Below, piece after piece: positions 1-8,634 of a DNA stretch of 64,000 bases. The DNA lies in the IMG/VR virus record IMGVR_UViG_3300045988_173726, positions 32,001-96,000 of that record; one strand, written 5' to 3'. Position numbers and translations under genes: made by a program. The stretch comes from a virus. Under the pieces are notes generated by a model. That model was not told the origin of the DNA. It made no database searches and worked only from the letters and a program-made list of their open reading frames with translations. Each line of letters opens with the position of its first letter. Within the stretch, counting starts at the first letter, position 1.

Positions 1-180
1 TATGACGATAGTTTACAGGTTAGGCGGTTGTTTAAGGAATCTGGATTTTATATTGAGCCTTATAGTATGACTTATACGATTGCGGTTAAGAGCGTAGAGA
101 CAGCGCTTGCGGGGGAGGAATTGTTTATTTCAAACTACAAAGCGAAGTCTACGGTTCTTTTGGATGACGATATTCTTTGA
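1..180 (+). CDS. 3' end of an upstream gene running off the window (function unknown)
   Basis: Frame 1 is open from base 1 to TGA at 178-180. AGGAG (181-185) of the next gene follows immediately. Confidence 0.4.
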   Translation, partial: YDDSLQVRRLFKESGFYIEPYSMTYTIAVKSVETALAGEELFISNYKAKSTVLLDDDIL

Positions 181-196
181 AGGAGAAGAGAAGAAA

Positions 197-1810
197 ATGC
201 TTGCTATTAGAGAAGTAATTTTAGACGAGAAGTTAAATGAGGTTGCCTATGTAGTAAGTGGCACGATGCAGGAGTTTGGGGATGGAGAGTCTTGTAAAGA
301 GACGCGGCGCGTCCTTAATGTCGATGATTTGGTTAAGAATCACAAAGATGTGACCCCGTTTGTTTCTTATGCGTCTGGAAAGCTTGAGTTTCCGATTGTT
401 AGGGGTTCTCATTATAGGAGAGTGGTCGAGCATGTTTATGTGACGAGTCACGATGGTATTAAAGAGATAAAGGCAGAGATTAAGATTATCGGGCGGTTAA
501 AGAAGAGGACAGGCACATTTAGTAATCCGCGACTGTCTAATCCCATAGGCTATAGGATTGAAGTTGAGGGAAAGGTAACTGATGTTGCAGGCGCAGACCT
601 TTTTCGACTTAGCCGTTGGATGCCGATTGCGGGTGGTTTGCAAGTGATATGCGTGCAGAAAATCGGGGGATTTTATTATTCCGTGAATGGCGCGGTAGAT
701 AATATTATCGTAGGGGACGGCGATGTGGCTTATGATAGTAACATAGTCGTAGAAGATACGGGCAGTATCGGGGAGTTCATTAAGTTTATCGCGTCACAGA
801 ACGGAACGATTGCGGTAAAGCGTCCGTTTGATACGGGGTCGTTATCAGATAGTCTTGTTGTAGAGGGCATTTCGGAGTATGAAATCGCAGAGCCGAAGCT
901 TGTTTGCGCTCTGGACAGAATGACTTTATCGTTAAAGACAAAGCGTTCTATTAATGTACGGTTTTCGGATGGTTGTAAAGTTTACCCGTTAAATATTAGC
1001 GGTGAGTTTACACTGGTTAAGGATGGAGAGCTTGTAGTTAGGAATATGCTTGTTATTTTCCCGAAGAAAGACGCAATCCGTGCGATTACAGAGAAGTACG
1101 GAAAGTATCTGCTGATTCAGCCTGTCAAGGGAAGTAAGCTGGTAGGCGGTGAGGTTTATAGTATTGGTATTTTCGGCATTGCGGTAACAAACGGCTTGGC
1201 TAGTTACAGTAAGATTAGACCTGTTACGGTTGCGAAGTATTGTGCGGAGAAGCATAAGGTATCCACGCAGATGACTGCTGTTAAGCTGGAGATTTGCGAG
1301 GCAAGCCCTGTTAGAAGTGCTGTGATTCCGTATGACGGTGGAAATGATGCAGAGTTGTCGCGCCTTAGAGGTGTGGGTGTCGATACGATGTCTGGAAATC
1401 TTAAAGTGACGGGCGAGGCAGAGAAGAGTGGTGTCGGAGTTCGGTTTGAGTATGAGGCAGAGAATGTATCTGTTCCCGAAGCGGTAAAGAGTGGCAGTCT
1501 TAAAGAGCTTGAGGCTCGGTATGAAGAGCTTTCAAAGCAGTATGCAGAGCTTGAGCTTACGCTTTGGCTGATTGCGCACAGTCGTTTTGCGTCTGGTAGT
1601 GCGGGTAAGTATGCCAGCTTTTATGCGCCGTCATGGGGCTTAAAGTATGTCGGGGAAGAGCGTAGTATGCACGCCTATGAGACGAACGAGGAAGGCTTTA
1701 GACTATTAATTAACGGGGAGGTTGTGACGGAGGATAGAGCAGTTTTAGCGGCTCGTAAGGGTAAAGGCAGAAAGCGTGGTAGACCGAGAAAGGACGCGGT
1801 ATTAGCTTAA
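197..1810 (+). CDS. Hypothetical protein with C-terminal AT-hook-like motif; member of a window-wide paralog family
   Basis: ORF 107..1810 trimmed to ATG 197, which follows AGGAG at 181-185. The C-terminus KGKGRKRGRPRKD contains an RGRP AT-hook core. The internal module NPIGYRIEVEGKVTDV resembles modules in four other genes. Confidence 0.7.
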   Translation: MLAIREVILDEKLNEVAYVVSGTMQEFGDGESCKETRRVLNVDDLVKNHKDVTPFVSYASGKLEFPIVRGSHYRRVVEHVYVTSHDGIKEIKAEIKIIGRLKKRTGTFSNPRLSNPIGYRIEVEGKVTDVAGADLFRLSRWMPIAGGLQVICVQKIGGFYYSVNGAVDNIIVGDGDVAYDSNIVVEDTGSIGEFIKFIASQNGTIAVKRPFDTGSLSDSLVVEGISEYEIAEPKLVCALDRMTLSLKTKRSINVRFSDGCKVYPLNISGEFTLVKDGELVVRNMLVIFPKKDAIRAITEKYGKYLLIQPVKGSKLVGGEVYSIGIFGIAVTNGLASYSKIRPVTVAKYCAEKHKVSTQMTAVKLEICEASPVRSAVIPYDGGNDAELSRLRGVGVDTMSGNLKVTGEAEKSGVGVRFEYEAENVSVPEAVKSGSLKELEARYEELSKQYAELELTLWLIAHSRFASGSAGKYASFYAPSWGLKYVGEERSMHAYETNEEGFRLLINGEVVTEDRAVLAARKGKGRKRGRPRKDAVLA

Positions 1811-2122
1811 GGAATAGCTGTGAGTGATTTCGTGAAAAGTCTAGCAGAGAAGAAGTAAGACGATGGGGCAAGTGTATTTGCCCCTCAAATCGCCCGTTTA
1901 AGACGCATTAGGCTGTAGGATGGTATCTTGTAGCCTAGTCGCCTTTCAGTTCGTTTCTGGGCGGTCTGGTGGCTCACAGGGCATCTCTAGGGACGCGAGG
2001 TTCAGGTCGGTTTTAGCGGGGTCAGCGGTCTAAAGTTTCCCGAGGCAGACGCTTTTTTGTACCAAATCCTGTTTATCGGGTATAAATTTTGGCACAGGTT
2101 TAGAAGTACGGAGGTATTGGAG

Positions 2123-3778
2123 ATGTCAGATAAAGTTAGGCTGTCGGCAACTGGGGTTGTTGTCAATGGGACAGGAAATCTTCTCGGGTTTATGGTGACG
2201 GATGGGAAGGCTACGCAGGCTGTACCGCTTGATTCGCTTAGAAGAAATGGAGTCGTTTTAGCGGGTCAGATAGACTTTAGAGGCGGTAAGTTTAGGCTTA
2301 TGACAGGGTTTAGCCTAAAGGATTTGCCTATGCTTCGGCTTGGAAAAGACGGCACGACACAGTTTGTGGATAATACGATGCGTGTTGTGGCTCGTATTAC
2401 GGAGAACGGAGAGTTAAAGGGGTATCGTGTATCGTATCTGGATGTAACGCTTAATTTAGCTATGTCGGATTTGCGGAGGCTTGCGAGTTGGTTTAGACTT
2501 GATGGGTATGCGGTTCGTAAGGGCGATGAGGGGTATCATCTGGTAGGTTTAAGTGGAAACTCGGTGCTTAAGCTTAGAGAGATAGCGCTTAATGCAAAGA
2601 AAGACGCGCGGGAGAACGCTCCTGTAAAGGGTAGCGCGGTAAGTATCGTAGAAATTATCCGAAAGGTAAATGATTTTGGCGGTAAGGTCGTGTTGTTTAA
2701 CAGTGACGAGAAACCGACTATTGGAGAGATACGGGCTACTACGGCGAGCGGGTTTACTTCGTTAAAGCTTGGCGAGGTAGGTTCTTCTTCCTTGCAGTAT
2801 TCGGAGCATAAGTTAAATGCTTCTATCCTGTTTCGGGAGTATGGCATTGTAACGGTAGAGATTAAGGAAGAGGGCAGGGTGTTGCAAGTACCTGCATATA
2901 AGCTTAGAAGCAGGGTCATCTTAAAGGACGGCAAGATAAACATACCCAAGTTTTCCGTGGCGTTTCCGAAAGAGAGCGGAGCAAAGTTTGCGGAGTATTA
3001 TAAGGGAGTGCTTACGCTAACGCCAGTCAAGTCAACGCCTATGGAGAGTGCGTTAGGTAGCGAGTTTAGCTGTATGTATCAGATAGATACAGGGGAGCTT
3101 ACGCTTGTCACGCAGGAGAAGATTAAGCGGGAAATTCTAAGTGTGTCGGATGTAGCAAACATGGCGAAGGCTTTGATTTGCACAAAGGCGGCGATTTCGT
3201 ATCTGAACGCAAGGGTTTATGAGGTAGCAGGCGAGCAGGAAGAGGGGCTTTACGCGCCGTATCGGAAGTATTCCGAGGTAGAGAGGAACTATATCGGAGC
3301 GGCTGGGGTGAATTTAAGCACAGGCGCATATACGGCAACGGAGGCTTTAACTACGGTAATTCCCGCGAAGGAGAGCATTTTTGTGGAGTATTCGGTAGCG
3401 GGGTTTAAGAGTGCGCCGAGCGCGTCACAGATAGCGAGCGGTAAAGCGGAGAAGTTTATTACGCCAGAGTTTAGGGAAGTGATAAACGAGTATGAGCGCC
3501 TAAAGGGGAATCCTTTTGAAGAGCCTAGACCGGAGGTATTAGAGTATCTAAAGAAGAAGCTAGCTTTCTTTAAGAAGAGAAAAGAGGGATATATCAAGTA
3601 TCTTTGGGAGCATAACACAGCAATGTTTGCAAACGGAGACTATAAACTGCTACGCGGTGACGGTTTTTCTGGCTTAAAGGCGGTAAAGACTGGGGAGACG
3701 AAAGCGGGAAAGTATACCGAGTATAGCGATAGCGAGACAGGTTTAAGCGTAAAGGTATTTAATACAGTCCTAGGCTAA
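2123..3778 (+). CDS. Hypothetical protein, paralog-family member (two GY/GF-x-V modules)
   Basis: ORF 2057..3778 trimmed to ATG 2123, preceded by GGAGG. Modules present: GNLLGFMVTDGKATQAV and GELKGYRVSYLDVTLNL. Confidence 0.7.
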   Translation: MSDKVRLSATGVVVNGTGNLLGFMVTDGKATQAVPLDSLRRNGVVLAGQIDFRGGKFRLMTGFSLKDLPMLRLGKDGTTQFVDNTMRVVARITENGELKGYRVSYLDVTLNLAMSDLRRLASWFRLDGYAVRKGDEGYHLVGLSGNSVLKLREIALNAKKDARENAPVKGSAVSIVEIIRKVNDFGGKVVLFNSDEKPTIGEIRATTASGFTSLKLGEVGSSSLQYSEHKLNASILFREYGIVTVEIKEEGRVLQVPAYKLRSRVILKDGKINIPKFSVAFPKESGAKFAEYYKGVLTLTPVKSTPMESALGSEFSCMYQIDTGELTLVTQEKIKREILSVSDVANMAKALICTKAAISYLNARVYEVAGEQEEGLYAPYRKYSEVERNYIGAAGVNLSTGAYTATEALTTVIPAKESIFVEYSVAGFKSAPSASQIASGKAEKFITPEFREVINEYERLKGNPFEEPRPEVLEYLKKKLAFFKKRKEGYIKYLWEHNTAMFANGDYKLLRGDGFSGLKAVKTGETKAGKYTEYSDSETGLSVKVFNTVLG

Positions 3779-3842
3779 GAGGAGCAACGAACAAAGGCAT
3801 AACAAACATATGTGCAATAAACATAGGCGTGACAAACGGGTG

Positions 3843-3877
3843 GCTGTCTGGCTTTAATTGAGCCAGACAGCTATTTA
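3843..3877 (+). terminator. Hairpin, weak intrinsic terminator candidate
   Basis: Perfect 10-bp stem GCTGTCTGGC / GCCAGACAGC (3843-3852 / 3862-3871) followed by TATTT. Confidence 0.4.
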
Positions 3878-3894
3878 AGACGGAGTAGACGAAG

Positions 3895-5094
3895 ATGGTC
3901 TATAGATTTAGCGAGATGCTTGGCGATGAGGTTTATAAGAATCGGGTGATATTCCTGTTAGGGGAGCATTCGTTCTTTAATAACATAGTCATTGACAGAG
4001 TTAGGGACATTGCGATTCCGAGGGAAGAGGTAAATGCAGAGCAAGTTCTGGATTTAATGTCGGAGTTCGGTGTAACTTCGGATAAAGAGGTTTCTCGCGG
4101 AAACAGTGTAGGGTTTGATGAGTTTCTGGACAGTACGAGTAGCTATCCGATGCGAGGTTTCTGGTATTGTAGCGTAGAGTATTCAGAGCTAACGGATAAA
4201 CAGAGGGAGCGGCTTGGTGTTTATATGAAGTCACCGCAGGAGACTGGGTATCTGGTTATAACGGTCAAGGACTTTCGGAAGCATAGGGAAATTCTTCGTA
4301 ATAATCTGGTAGCTAGGGGTTCGAGCGTTTGTGCGGTGCGACTTAGCTTTCCAGATAGAGCGTCATTAACAGAGATAGTCAAGGGGAAGCTAAGTGACGG
4401 CGGGGTTAAAGTAGACGAGAGAGGCATACAGCTATTTATTTTGCGCTTAAGTAACGCTTATAACGAGTATAGTGACTGCCTATCATCTATTATCACAATG
4501 TATTCTGGGAAGAGCATCGGGTATGGAGAGGTGCTTGATGCGTTACAGGGGACAGAGAATTACGCGGTAGATGATTTTGTTTATGCTTTGTTAAATCCGA
4601 TGGGAAGCGGAAAGGTTATAAAGCGCAGGAAGATATATCGGATTTACGGGAGCTTGATACAGAGTATGAGCGCGGAGAGGCTTCTTAATACGCTGTTAAA
4701 TAAGATTGACATTTTTATTTCGTTTCGTAGGCTTATCAACAACGGAGATTTGCCCGTGTCTGTAGCGTATAGCGCAACAGAAGTGCAGGATAAGCTTCCA
4801 GAGGATAGCCGTCTAAAGACATATAGTGCCTATGTGTTTAAGCGTATGGCACGGATAGCGTCTATGGCATCTCTTGGGGACTGGCTCAATATGCGGCTAA
4901 TGCTTAGTGAGGCAAAGAGGTCGGGGAAGATAGGGCTTGAGGATAGGTGTGAGAAGGCGCTGTTTTCCATGATGCATCGTAGCGTGCTTGGGGACGAGCG
5001 GTTTTTTAATGATTCGGGGTTTATAAGCACTGTGGGGGATGGTGAGCTTTATAGCCTAAATACGGTATTCTTTCGAGTAACTAGCAGTTTCTAA
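3895..5094 (+). CDS. DNA polymerase III delta (HolA)-like clamp-loader subunit; 3' end interrupted by TnpB-like element copy 1
   Basis: 399-aa ORF. The layout VIFLLGEHSFF...YLVITVKDF...VCAVRLSFPDRASLTEIV...GVKVDERGIQLFILRL...VDDFVYALL parallels HolA by eye. The last 5 codons and the stop (5077-5094) are supplied by the element's left end. Confidence 0.45.
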   Translation: MVYRFSEMLGDEVYKNRVIFLLGEHSFFNNIVIDRVRDIAIPREEVNAEQVLDLMSEFGVTSDKEVSRGNSVGFDEFLDSTSSYPMRGFWYCSVEYSELTDKQRERLGVYMKSPQETGYLVITVKDFRKHREILRNNLVARGSSVCAVRLSFPDRASLTEIVKGKLSDGGVKVDERGIQLFILRLSNAYNEYSDCLSSIITMYSGKSIGYGEVLDALQGTENYAVDDFVYALLNPMGSGKVIKRRKIYRIYGSLIQSMSAERLLNTLLNKIDIFISFRRLINNGDLPVSVAYSATEVQDKLPEDSRLKTYSAYVFKRMARIASMASLGDWLNMRLMLSEAKRSGKIGLEDRCEKALFSMMHRSVLGDERFFNDSGFISTVGDGELYSLNTVFFRVTSSF

Positions 5095-5173
5095 CAATGT
5101 AGAAGAAGCAGGAATTATTTTTCGATTTTCTATGTGTTAGTTAAGGTTTTCATTAGGAGCGTGGTGAGTTGTA

Positions 5174-6505
5174 ATGCAGAAACTAAAGTTGACTATAGTA
5201 GCACAGCTACACGAGTGGAGTAACCGATGTTTAATTGAATATATGGAAGCTTCTCGTAGAGATTACGGTAAAGCATTGCGAGAAGCTTTCTACGCAATAA
5301 AACGAGGAGGAATAGATAAGTCAAAGTACAACACATACCTCCAGTATAAATACGGAATTTCTAATCGAACTGCAAATTCTATCATTCTTGACGCTCAAGG
5401 ACGATTTAACGCCCTAAAGGAGTTAAAGGAGTATGAAAGGAAGCAGTTAGAAAGAAAAATTAAGTATCTTGAAAACACAGTCATTCCTAAGTTAGTTGAG
5501 AAAAGGAAGCAGAACTCAATTAAGCTTCAAGACGGAGTATCTGTTTCGTTGGTTCAACAACGGAATCTACGGTTAAGAGTAGTTTCAAAGAAGGCTAAAC
5601 TAAACAGGTTGAAGCAGAAGCTTGCGGTGTTAAAGTATCAATTAGAAACAGGAAGGTTAAAGCTTTGTTTTGGAACGACAAGGTTGCTCAAGCAAGACCA
5701 TGATAAGTTTATTGAACATCGAGATAGTCAAATGACTTTCATAGGAGATAAAGAGAAAACAGCATGTAATCAAGTTTTACAGTTGACCTACAATCGAAGA
5801 AGCAATCAGTTTTTGATTCGACTGCGAAAAGATTTCGGAGGATACAAGTCTGCTAAAGGTGACAATAGATATGCTTACGGTAGAGCTTATTTCAATCATC
5901 ATAAGGCACAGCTTGTTTCAATTTTAAGGTTTAAGACCAGTCCTCTATCTTATAGGATAATCAAGAGGAATGGCAGATATTACCTATATTGTGTATTTGA
6001 GTTTCAAGTAAGGGATGGCGATGTAGTTACTCGTTCTTCTTATGGAACTATTGGATTAGATTTTAACAAAGGTTTTGTGACCTTATCAGAGACGAATCAG
6101 TACGGACATTTAGTAAAGACACAGTGTATGCCGTATCGTTTTAAGTCTGGAAACAAGACAAAGACTGACCTACAAGGAGTAGCAAATCATGTAGTTAAGC
6201 TAGCATTGCAGACAGGTAAAGATGTTTGCATAGAAAATTTAGATTTTAGAGTAACGAAATCTAAAACAGAAGCAAAAATGGGAAAGAAGTACAACGATAT
6301 GCTTCATTCTCTAGCATATCGTGAGTTTAGTGACACGATGGAGCGTGTAACTTATAGACACAGAGTAGGATTAAACAAAGTCAACCCTGCATGGACATCA
6401 TGGCTGGCAGAGAAGATTTATTGCAAGCCTATGAAGTTGAATATACATACAGGAGCTTCATATGTAATAGCAAGGTGCGGGCAAGGATATAAGGACGCTG
6501 TGTAA
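5174..6505 (+). CDS. TnpB/Cas12-superfamily RuvC-fold protein lacking zinc ribbon and third catalytic Asp
   Basis: 443 aa. Motifs: GTIGLDFNKG (RuvC-I D), DVCIENLDF (RuvC-II E), KKYNDMLHSLAYREF...GLNKVNPAWTS (TnpB-type block). The C-terminus NIHTGASYVIARCGQGYKDAV has no CxxC pairs, and no D/E where HAD.NAA.NI is expected. Confidence 0.6.
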   Translation: MQKLKLTIVAQLHEWSNRCLIEYMEASRRDYGKALREAFYAIKRGGIDKSKYNTYLQYKYGISNRTANSIILDAQGRFNALKELKEYERKQLERKIKYLENTVIPKLVEKRKQNSIKLQDGVSVSLVQQRNLRLRVVSKKAKLNRLKQKLAVLKYQLETGRLKLCFGTTRLLKQDHDKFIEHRDSQMTFIGDKEKTACNQVLQLTYNRRSNQFLIRLRKDFGGYKSAKGDNRYAYGRAYFNHHKAQLVSILRFKTSPLSYRIIKRNGRYYLYCVFEFQVRDGDVVTRSSYGTIGLDFNKGFVTLSETNQYGHLVKTQCMPYRFKSGNKTKTDLQGVANHVVKLALQTGKDVCIENLDFRVTKSKTEAKMGKKYNDMLHSLAYREFSDTMERVTYRHRVGLNKVNPAWTSWLAEKIYCKPMKLNIHTGASYVIARCGQGYKDAV

Positions 6506-6529
6506 AGAGTGTTTCAAAGATAGCCTTAT

Positions 6530-6742
6530 CCTATATAGATGTATCAACGCAAGACAGTTGAGCATCTCCCTGTAGGATGAAGTTTAATAGAAGCTCTGAC
6601 AACAATTCTTATTGTGTGGCTACGGTCGAAATGAGATGAGTTAGGGTGGAATAGGTTAACCGTAAGACCTTGAGTTGTAAAACTCTAAAATTGAGCTAGA
6701 GATGTGAATTTCCTAATTTATTTTCTCATTTTCTAGTTACGG
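6530..6742 (+). ncRNA. Conserved structured RNA at element right end (omega-RNA/reRNA-like candidate), copy 1
   Basis: About 215 nt conserved with 29754-29970 and 63270-63481. Hairpins: AGATG/TCAAC...GTTGA/CATCT (6537-6567), ACAACAAT-TCTT-ATTGTGT (6599-6617) and GAGTT-GTAA-AACTC (6672-6685). Differences between copies fall in the loops. Confidence 0.6.
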
Positions 6743-6826
6743 TTTGAGCTAGCAGAGCTTCCGAAAGATGTAGTTGTTTATCGGGATGGAGTTCGTGTGG
6801 ACGATAAAGTGCTTACGTTTCAGTAA
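6743..6826 (+). other. Orphaned in-frame 3' segment (27 codons + stop) of the HolA-like gene
   Basis: Joining 5076 to 6743 keeps the frame: ...NTVFFR|FELAELPKDVVVYRDGVRVDDKVLTFQ*. The stop lies just before the SD of the next gene. Confidence 0.5.
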
Positions 6827-6837
6827 GGGGAGGAAAG

Positions 6838-7647
6838 ATGACGCGGGTAGTTGCGAATTTAGTTTTGACTGGGATTTTCACGGTAGATACGAAGAAGAAG
6901 AAGGTGGTTGTTGGGGGGTATGAGGTCTTTCTTACAGACATTCCGTTTATAAGGTATCGTTTTAAGCGGTTTGACGAGGGGTGTGACGAGTATATTCTTT
7001 CGATGTGCGAGAAGTTTAAGACAGCGACTCCATTAGCCGAGGTAACGCTATATGAGAAGTGCCAAGAAGATATAGCGAGGCTAAGTAGCAAGATACCAAA
7101 CCTTGCGGTAATGCTTTATATTCCGATAGACGATTCGGATGTAGAGAAATCCGACATAAGCGAAGAGAGTAAGGCGTTATTACAGGAAGTCGTAAATAGC
7201 GGTGTAGCATATGACAGGATTATGATAAAGGACAACAGCAATACGCTGTTTACAGTCTCGTTTAACAGTATGCGAGCGAGTATTCAGCGTATTACTGGGT
7301 GCGAAGTTGGGAAAGTAGGAGTTTGCAAGAGTCCTTTGTCGGCATATAACAATAATGCTTGCATTCCCGCAATCGTAGCGCGGGAGATTTTAGTAAATCA
7401 CGACAGTAAGAGTAATACGACTCCGACTGCAAGGATGGAGTGCAGGAACGGTGGAAAGTGTTGTTGTATTCGGAATATCGTGATAGATAGGGACATTTTG
7501 CTTAGTCGTCCTTATGTAGAGAAAGCTTCGGGTGAGAGTTTATTTACTGGGATGCCGAAGCCAAGCCCTGTAAAGCGAGAGCGGAGAGAGAGAAAAGTAA
7601 AACAGCACTTGATAGGGAACATGGTAGACGGGAAACTCAAGTGGTGA
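6838..7647 (+). CDS. Hypothetical protein (Cys-rich segment MECRNGGKCCCIRN)
   Basis: 269-aa ORF with GGGGAGGAAAG SD immediately upstream. Confidence 0.7.
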   Translation: MTRVVANLVLTGIFTVDTKKKKVVVGGYEVFLTDIPFIRYRFKRFDEGCDEYILSMCEKFKTATPLAEVTLYEKCQEDIARLSSKIPNLAVMLYIPIDDSDVEKSDISEESKALLQEVVNSGVAYDRIMIKDNSNTLFTVSFNSMRASIQRITGCEVGKVGVCKSPLSAYNNNACIPAIVAREILVNHDSKSNTTPTARMECRNGGKCCCIRNIVIDRDILLSRPYVEKASGESLFTGMPKPSPVKRERRERKVKQHLIGNMVDGKLKW

Positions 7648-7759
7648 AGTATAGCGGGAGAGCTTCAATACTTTTAAGAAAAATCAAATCTTAAGAAAAG
7701 GTTGACTAAAAGGTATTTATTCTAAGTCTATTCTTATGCAATTATCCTAGGATAGTAGG

Positions 7760-7788
7760 TTGACAAAGGGAGCAGAAACAGCTAATAT
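7760..7788 (+). promoter_or_regulatory. Sigma-70/SigA-type promoter
   Basis: TTGACA (7760-7765), 17-nt spacer, TAATAT (7783-7788), upstream of the 7872 gene. Confidence 0.55.
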
Positions 7789-7871
7789 ATCTAAAGAAAA
7801 TATTACGAAGTCCTAAAGGTTTCAGTTGGGATGGCTGTTTGTCTGCTTCTACAGCAGTGGAGGAAATCGGG

Positions 7872-8573
7872 ATGGCGACTTTTCGCAGATGGTGTATGTC
7901 GGCAAAGCTGTTTGAGCCAGAGAGTACGCACGAGGCGAGTGCGTATATCGCGAAGAATTACAATAAGCTGGTAAGCTACGCGAGGGGTCAAGGTATAGAC
8001 CCTGCGAAGGCAGAGGATTTGATTGTGGATGTAACGATTTCGGTGTGCCGTGCGGAGTGGCTGGGCGAGTGGGTAACTGCGGTAGAGTGCGGGTATATGC
8101 AGATAGAGCAGTATATCTACGGGAAAATCAAGAAGTACGCGATGTTTCCAGCCTATAGGCGGGCAAGCACGGGGGCGTGGGTTCGTAAGAAAGCAGACGG
8201 CAAAGAGGTTTATATGCAAGTCGAGATACCTTCCTGTGGGGCAGAGGATGCCGAGGAAGGTAGTATGCCAGACTATCAGCTAGCATATATGAATCTATCG
8301 ACATACGATAATCTGGAGACAGTCGAGGCAGAGGAGTCGTTTGAAGAGGAGCTAGCATATGTTTTAAGCTTTGACGAGATGAGTAACGGCTTAATCAGCA
8401 GGATTTTACGGAATCTGGACTACTACAAAGCGAACGCGAGTTTTCTGGTGAGTAGCGGGGTTTCGGAGATGTTTAACAGTTTCGGGGAAGCGTTTGCGGA
8501 AGCGTTTGAGGATATAGTTAAAACGACCGCTAGGGATGACAGCAAATTGATAAGAGCGCTTAGAAAGGCGTAG
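7872..8573 (+). CDS. Hypothetical protein, possible sigma-70 region-2-like factor
   Basis: ORF 7839..8573 trimmed to ATG 7872 after GGAGGAAA. The segment IAKNYNKLVSYARGQGIDPAKAEDLIVDV resembles sigma region 2. This is a weak call. Confidence 0.3.
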   Translation: MATFRRWCMSAKLFEPESTHEASAYIAKNYNKLVSYARGQGIDPAKAEDLIVDVTISVCRAEWLGEWVTAVECGYMQIEQYIYGKIKKYAMFPAYRRASTGAWVRKKADGKEVYMQVEIPSCGAEDAEEGSMPDYQLAYMNLSTYDNLETVEAEESFEEELAYVLSFDEMSNGLISRILRNLDYYKANASFLVSSGVSEMFNSFGEAFAEAFEDIVKTTARDDSKLIRALRKA

Positions 8574-8634
8574 GGGGAGCTTATTATAAGGGGATAATAC
8601 GGGGCAGGGCTTTACTTTCGGAGGTATCGTATAT

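Larger units (their letters stand above)
5077..6742 (+). mobile_element. TnpB-like element copy 1 (tnpB-only, IS1341-style; left end + ORF + structured RNA + right end)
   Basis: Conservation among the four left ends starts at GTAA (5077). Conservation among the three right ends stops at CTAGTTACGG (6742). Flanks are unrelated between copies. The element looks AT-richer than its surroundings. Confidence 0.7.

Noticed and set aside
107-196. Long N-terminal extensions given by the ORF track (for example starts at 107, 2057, 27031, 28371, 51093, 55678, 58435)
   Set aside because: The extensions overlap upstream genes, terminators or repeat elements and lack SD sites. Internal ATG/GTG codons with GGAGG-type SDs 6-10 nt upstream give starts colinear with paralogs.
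1930-2030. tRNA-like or T-arm-like sequence (GCGAGGTTCAGGTCGG)
   Set aside because: No complementary T-stem, acceptor stem or anticodon arm can be drawn. No other tRNA-like sequence was seen in any intergenic gap.
5077-6742. Classical IStron (group I intron core at the 5' end plus IS605-type ORF)
   Set aside because: Only about 95 nt precede the ORF, which is too short for a group I core. I found no internal guide sequence complementary to the 5' exon ends (CGAGU, UUGGU, AGGGU, AGAGU), and no recognisable P7/R-S consensus in the 3' module. RNA-level removal is kept only as an untested alternative in the findings.
5081-6755. CTAGCAG 7-mer present both just inside the left end (5081-5087) and just outside the right end (6749-6755), as a possible target-site duplication or alternative boundary
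   Set aside because: The same CTAGCAG is also in the left end of the miniature copy (63203-63209), whose right flank lacks it, so it belongs to the element. Using it as a boundary gives an implausible Cys/Ser/Trp-rich read-through instead of the clean 27-codon frame.
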